Assembly (NCBI RefSeq): GCF_038433155.1
Contig: NZ_JBCDMW010000005.1
Location: 1-60,601, forward strand
Direction: 5' to 3'
Origin: Luteococcus sp. H101
GTDB lineage: Bacteria > Actinomycetota > Actinomycetes > Propionibacteriales > Propionibacteriaceae
Length of the DNA: 60,601 bases
Of this stretch, positions 56,063 through 60,601 are shown piece by piece. The notes beneath the pieces were generated by a model. It made no database searches. It saw only the letters and a program-made list of their open reading frames with translations, and had not been told where the DNA came from. The number at the start of each line of letters is the position of its first letter. Position 1 is the first letter of the stretch. The position numbers and the translations under genes were made by a program.

Positions 56063-57934
56063 TCAGTCGCTGCCGCCGCCCAGCACCTCGTCGACATAGC
56101 ACCAGCGCCAGGCCTCTCCCGGCTCGATCGAGCGCATCGTCGGGTGCCCGGTCTCCTCGAAGTGCCGGGTGGCGTGCATCCCCACGGAGGAGTCGCAGCA
56201 GCCGACGTGGCCACAGGTCAGGCAGAGCCGCAGGTGCACCGGGTCCGTCCCGTCGGCTTCACATGCGGCACACACTCCGGCGGTGCTGGGCTCGACGGTG
56301 CACGGGGAAGCGGCCAGGTGTTGGCAGGGGGAATCGGGCAGGGCCGGGCGCAGGGGCGTTCCGGGGACCCGCTCTGCCGCCTCGCTGCGCCTCAGGATCG
56401 CCGCCTCCTCCATGTCCAGCGCATTCAGCACCCGGCCCAACACCTCGTGCTCGGCCTGGCCGGCGTCGCGCATCCGCAGCACCTCGGCGCGCTCGGCGGC
56501 GATGGACGCGGTGCGCAGCCGTCGCCAAGTCTCCGACGGGGTCTCGACGTCTGCCTCCGGGCGGCCCAGCCGCTCCCAGATGGAGTTGATCTGCCGTTCG
56601 CCCTGCTCCTGCAGCAACTGGATGGTGTCCTGGTCATGTGGGCCGGCTTCGGCCCGCACGCGCTCCAGCCCGGCGGCGACGGCGTGCTGGTAGATGGTGG
56701 CCTCCTGCAGGGTGTCCTCCCGCGGGTCCGGGCCGTGGATCCCGATGTTGCGCGCGATGATCGGCAGGGTCAGGCCCTGGATCAGCAGGGTACCCATGGT
56801 GGCCGCCAGCGCGATCAGGATCAGCACCGAGCGGTAGGGAGTGTGCTCCGGCAGGGTCAGCGCCGCGGCCAGGGTGACCACCCCGCGCATGCCCGCCCAG
56901 GAGATCACCGCGGATTCCCTGGCGGGGGTGGTCTGCTGCGTAGGGCCGATGTGCACCAGCACCCGGGTGCCCAAGACCCACACCACCCGCAGCACCATCA
57001 CGGTCAGCAGGGTGGCCAGACAGGCAAACAGGACGCGGCCCACGGTCAGGTCCGTGCCTCGGGCATTGTTCACGATGCTGCGCACCTGCAGACCGATCAG
57101 CAGGAAAACGGCGTTCTCCAGCAGGAACTGCACGGTGTGCCAGTTGATCTGCTGTGCCAGCCGGGTCTGGCCGGACTGGATGGCGGGCGAGGCATGGCCG
57201 ATCATCAGCCCCGCCACCACCACGGAGAGCACGCCGGAGCCGTGCAGTTCCTCCGCGGGCACATAGGCGACGAAGGGCACCAGCAGGCTGAGCGCGGTGG
57301 AGGTGGCGGCATCATCGGTCCACCTGAAGCAGAGGTTGGCGAGTTTGGCCACCACCAGGCCCACCACGATCGCCACCACGACGGCCCGCAGGAAGTCCAG
57401 CAGCACGCTGCCGACGGCCACCGACGCCCCCATCGCGGCGATCGCGGTGCGCAGGCTGACCAGGGCGGTGGCGTCGTTGACCAGGCTCTCGCCCTCCAGC
57501 ACAGACACCACCCGTCGGGGCAGGCCGATGGACCGGGCCACTGCCGTCGCGGCCACGGCGTCGGGCGGAGCCACCACCGCGCCGATCGCCAACGAAGCGG
57601 CCCAACCGATCCCCAGCAGTTGGTGCACCACGGCCCCCACCCCGGCCGTGGTGAACAGCACCAGCCCGACGCTCAGCCAGCCAATCGCGGAGGCATTGCG
57701 CCGGAAGTCCATCAGGGAGGTGGTCACCGCCGAGGCATAGAGCAGCGGCGGCAGGGCGCCGATCAGGATCACCTCGGGGGAGAGCTGCGGCTCGTGGATG
57801 AAGGGCAGGTAGCTACCCAGCAACCCGATCACGATCAGCACCAGGGGGGCGTTCAGCCCGAAGCGACGGCAGAGCGCCGTGACCGCCAGCACGGTGACCA
57901 GGAAGGCGGTGGCGCCCAGCACGAGGTGTTCCAT
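56063..57934 (-). CDS. Na+/H+ antiporter (CPA1/NhaP-like) with C-terminal zf-UBP-like Cys/His-rich domain
   Basis: ~12 TM helices. The C-terminal tail CAACEADGTDPVHLRLCLTCGHVGCCDSSVGMHATRHF resembles a UBP-type zinc finger. Confidence 0.75.
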   Translation of the reverse strand: MEHLVLGATAFLVTVLAVTALCRRFGLNAPLVLIVIGLLGSYLPFIHEPQLSPEVILIGALPPLLYASAVTTSLMDFRRNASAIGWLSVGLVLFTTAGVGAVVHQLLGIGWAASLAIGAVVAPPDAVAATAVARSIGLPRRVVSVLEGESLVNDATALVSLRTAIAAMGASVAVGSVLLDFLRAVVVAIVVGLVVAKLANLCFRWTDDAATSTALSLLVPFVAYVPAEELHGSGVLSVVVAGLMIGHASPAIQSGQTRLAQQINWHTVQFLLENAVFLLIGLQVRSIVNNARGTDLTVGRVLFACLATLLTVMVLRVVWVLGTRVLVHIGPTQQTTPARESAVISWAGMRGVVTLAAALTLPEHTPYRSVLILIALAATMGTLLIQGLTLPIIARNIGIHGPDPREDTLQEATIYQHAVAAGLERVRAEAGPHDQDTIQLLQEQGERQINSIWERLGRPEADVETPSETWRRLRTASIAAERAEVLRMRDAGQAEHEVLGRVLNALDMEEAAILRRSEAAERVPGTPLRPALPDSPCQHLAASPCTVEPSTAGVCAACEADGTDPVHLRLCLTCGHVGCCDSSVGMHATRHFEETGHPTMRSIEPGEAWRWCYVDEVLGGGSD

Positions 57935-58074
57935 GTGCCTGATTCTGCCGGATGGGTCCGACAGCGCCGCCTGGCTCTGCTCAAAACAGATGCAGGACGG
58001 GGCTCCGACGCCATAGTTGCGTTGGACCCCCGTCCTGCATCTGTTCTCGTCGGGTGATTCCGGCGGTGGAGCGG

Positions 58075-59187
58075 CTACTGCTGCATCGCACCCGCATTCA
58101 GCACTGGGGTGGCGCGGGAATCAGAACACAGGATCACCAGCAGGTTCGAGACCATCTGGGCCCGACGGTCATCGTCCAGGGTGACGATCTGCTGCTCCTC
58201 CAGCTTGGTCAGCGCATCCTGCACCATGGAGACCGCACCCAGCACGATCTTCTCCCGGGCGGCCAGCACGGCCGAAGCCTGCTGGCGCTGCAGCATCGCC
58301 TGGGCGATCTCCGGCGCATAGGCCAGCGACGCGATCCGGGTCTCCAGCACCTCCAGGCCGGCAATCTGGATCCGCTCGGCCACCTCGGCCGCCAGCTCCC
58401 CGGCGATCACGTCGGTGGAACCGCGCAGGGTCTCCACCCCCGGATCGGCATTGTCATAGGGGTGTACGGAGGCGACGTGCCGCAGCGCCGACTCGGACTG
58501 CACGGCGACGAAGTTCATGTAGTTCTCCACCGCGAAGACGGACTTGGCGGTGTCGGCCACCTGCCAGACGATGATCGCGGCGATGTTGACCGGGTTGCCG
58601 TCGGCGTCGTTCACCTTGAGCTCGTGGGTCTCGAAGTTGTTGACCTTCACCGAGACGGTGCGCTTGGCGGTCAGCGGCACCGTCATCTGCAGGCCCGGCT
58701 TGCGCAGCGTGCCGATGTAGTTGCCGAAGAACTGGATCACCTTGGTCTGGCCGGGCTGCACGATGGTCAGCGAACTGCCAGCCAGCAGGCCCGCGGCAAT
58801 CAGCAGGATGCCCAGGAAGGTGCCGCCGCCGCTCTCGCTGCCCGCCGCCAGCATGGCGCCGAAGACCAGCAGCGCCAAGGTGAGGACCAGGGCCAGCAGG
58901 CCCGGCACGCTGAAGGCTCGCTTCTCCTGCACGCTCACGCGGGTGCCGGCGGCGCCGACGGGTCGGCCGGCGGGGGAGCCGCCCACCGACGTCGGTTCAC
59001 CCGCCGCACGGTGGGGTGGCTGCTGCGGCGGCCACGGCTGGGCAGCCGGATGCGCGCCCGGCTGCCCCGGGCCGGCCTGTCCTTGGCCGGGGTGTCCCTG
59101 CGGGGGCCAGGGCTGGTTCGGCTGGCCGCCGGGTGGCCCCCAGGGGTTCTGGGGCTGCGGCGAGTTGGGGTCATTCGACGTAGTCAT
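58075..59187 (-). CDS. SPFH/band-7 (stomatin/prohibitin-like) protein with Pro/Gln-rich N-terminus
   Basis: TM segment plus SPFH core ([29 protein letters not shown]...). Confidence 0.7.
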   Translation of the reverse strand: MTTSNDPNSPQPQNPWGPPGGQPNQPWPPQGHPGQGQAGPGQPGAHPAAQPWPPQQPPHRAAGEPTSVGGSPAGRPVGAAGTRVSVQEKRAFSVPGLLALVLTLALLVFGAMLAAGSESGGGTFLGILLIAAGLLAGSSLTIVQPGQTKVIQFFGNYIGTLRKPGLQMTVPLTAKRTVSVKVNNFETHELKVNDADGNPVNIAAIIVWQVADTAKSVFAVENYMNFVAVQSESALRHVASVHPYDNADPGVETLRGSTDVIAGELAAEVAERIQIAGLEVLETRIASLAYAPEIAQAMLQRQQASAVLAAREKIVLGAVSMVQDALTKLEEQQIVTLDDDRRAQMVSNLLVILCSDSRATPVLNAGAMQQ

Positions 59188-59412
59188 TGCAATCTTCCTT
59201 CGGCTCCATCGGTCAGGGACTGGATATCAGACGGTGGTGGCATCCGGGTGTCCAGAGGCTGACGGCTCTCGTCGCGGATTGACCGACGGAATATTCGTCG
59301 CTATGATTTCGATATATCGACGACGCACCGAGAGCTCATCGCGGGATTCGAGCCGGATGCGTCGGGGCGAGCCAGCAGGGCACGCCCCCACAGACACCCA
59401 AGGAGAAAACCC

Positions 59413-60234
59413 ATGAAGAAGTTCATGAACCAGAGTGAGTTCGAGTTCGGCCCCCAGGGGCCGCAGGGTGGCCGAGGCCGCCACCATGCCCACCGCGGTG
59501 GGCGCCACCCCCAGGCCGCTGGGGATGCAGGACACCCCGGCCACGGGCATGGCCGGCCCGACGATCAGGGCTTCGGCCCGGGCGAGGGTCGCGGACGCGG
59601 CGCTGGCCGGGGACGTGGCCGGGGTGAGGGCCCCGGGCGGGGCTTTGGTCCCGGCTTCGGTGGCCCCGGCTTCGCGGGCCCCGGTTTCGGTGGTCCGGAG
59701 GGCCCGATGGGCGGCTTCGGGATGCCGATGCCCGAGGGGCGCGGCCCCCGAGGTGGGCGCGGAGGCGGCCGTCGGGGCCCGGGCCGGGGCCGCAAGGGCG
59801 ACGTGCGCAATGCCGTCCTGGCGCTGCTGGCCGAGACCCCGCTCAACGGCTATGGCCTGATCAATGCCATCGCGGAGAAGTCCAATGGCCTGTGGCGGCC
59901 CAGCGCCGGCTCCATCTACCCCGCCCTGGGGCTGCTGGAGGACGAGGGTCTGATTGAGCCCACCGAGGCCGACGGCAAGAAGGTCTTCCGGCTCACCGAG
60001 GCCGGCCGGACCCACGTCGCCAACCACGCCGAGGAGCTGGCCAGCCCGTGGGACAAGGTGGCCGAGCCGCATCGCGGCTTCCTGGACGTGCGCGGTGACA
60101 TGCACCAGCTGGGCATGGCGGTGCAGCAGGTGGTGGTCACCGGCGACGCGGAGCAGGTGGAGGCCGCGCGCAAGATCCTGGAGCGGGCCCGCAAGGACGT
60201 CTACCGGCTGCTGGCCGGCGACGCCGAGGCCTGA
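59413..60234 (+). CDS. PadR-family transcriptional regulator with Gly/Arg-rich N-terminal extension
   Basis: VRNAVLALLAETPLNGYGLINAIAEKSNGLWRPSAGSIYPALGLLEDEGLIE. aaggagaaaa RBS. Confidence 0.7.
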   Translation: MKKFMNQSEFEFGPQGPQGGRGRHHAHRGGRHPQAAGDAGHPGHGHGRPDDQGFGPGEGRGRGAGRGRGRGEGPGRGFGPGFGGPGFAGPGFGGPEGPMGGFGMPMPEGRGPRGGRGGGRRGPGRGRKGDVRNAVLALLAETPLNGYGLINAIAEKSNGLWRPSAGSIYPALGLLEDEGLIEPTEADGKKVFRLTEAGRTHVANHAEELASPWDKVAEPHRGFLDVRGDMHQLGMAVQQVVVTGDAEQVEAARKILERARKDVYRLLAGDAEA

Positions 60235-60601
60235 TCCGACGGGGCTTCGGCTCATCGCACAGGGGTCGGCCCGACTGGGGCCTCGTCATCCCCGACGCGA
60301 CGCCGGGGCCTGGCCCGACGGGGGCGTCGGCCCCACCACGCAGGGGTCGGGCCTGACTGGGGTGTTGGCCCCACCACGCAGCGGCTGGGCCTGACCGGAA
60401 CATCGGCTCCACTGCACAGCGGTCAGCCCCGACTTGGTCGCCTTCATCCCCGACGCGACGCCGGAGGCACCCGTCGCGATCGAGGACCTGCTGGTCCGTG
60501 CCCAGCCTGGGACGCCGAACTTCGCAGCACCAAAGTCTTGGGGGGGGGGGGGAGGGGGATGCACCACCAAGGGGGCTGTGCTGAGGGGGGGGGGGGGGGG
60601 G

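Noticed and set aside
56048-58057. 669-aa plus-strand ORF
   Set aside because: Antisense to the Na+/H+ antiporter gene. Gly/His/Arg-rich artefact.
1-60601. Poly-G tracts at both window ends (1-30 and ~60540-60601)
   Set aside because: Homopolymer-G runs at contig termini are characteristic sequencing or assembly artefacts, not biology.
1-60601. CRISPR arrays, tRNA or rRNA genes
   Set aside because: No regularly spaced short direct repeats with unique spacers and no tRNA-like cloverleaf segments were seen. The only repeat array (53979-54405) has irregular, long, diverged units inconsistent with CRISPR.

Overview
This is a high-GC (~70%) actinobacterial chromosomal segment. The leftmost 1..60 and rightmost ~60540..60601 are poly-G runs that look like assembly artefacts.

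The backbone carries ald and then a Tad/Flp pilus locus: cpaB, a degenerate CpaE/TadZ-like ATPase gene, tadA/cpaF, tadB, tadC, an flp pilin, a frameshifted tadE, tadF, and a large LysM plus SARP-like protein. Downstream are housekeeping and transport genes. These include an EndoU-like toxin with a candidate immunity gene, an SGNH hydrolase, an FMN reductase, a fructosamine kinase, an MMPL transporter, marR, panE, a Usp protein, an MFS transporter, an AAA ATPase, a secreted CAP-domain protein, a siderophore ABC importer with a DtxR/IdeR-like box, a nitronate monooxygenase, a 757-aa tandem-domain phosphofructokinase, a PaaX-like regulator, a Na+/H+ antiporter with a zf-UBP tail, an SPFH protein and a PadR regulator.

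The main discovery is a ~20 kb horizontally acquired element at ~4574..24607 inserted inside the tadA/cpaF ATPase gene. The 5' part of tadA ends at ...AMQSG (4574), and the 3' part resumes at GSLSTTH (24614). A large serine recombinase is encoded at the right edge, about 30 bp from attR. The element ends carry an imperfect inverted repeat (attP-like arms) around a GG core. A serine-recombinase-mediated excision would rebuild an in-frame tadA, which is the architecture of skin/sigK or the comK prophage.

The element cargo is almost entirely defence-like. It holds an NgoMIV-family restriction endonuclease translationally coupled to a PIN-domain gene, a Vsr plus C5-methyltransferase pair, and a second NaeI-like PD-(D/E)XK nuclease. 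It also holds a three-gene operon led by a TIGR04255-like protein, a DUF262(DGQQR) gene coupled to a HEPN (Rx4H) gene, and an FRG-domain/HTH/small-ORF operon. Further cargo comprises a secreted DUF218 protein, lipoproteins, and an internal tyrosine integrase/xis pair next to a P63C/Bro-like gene.

The second notable signal is a repeated half-site, TTGTCCACAGG / CCTGTGGACAA. It occurs in three clusters (nine copies): upstream of cpaB, inside the 5' coding region of tadB, and upstream of flp. This is a candidate operator set for the Tad locus. All functional calls come from motifs read in the translations and from recalled family signatures. None has been confirmed by a database search.
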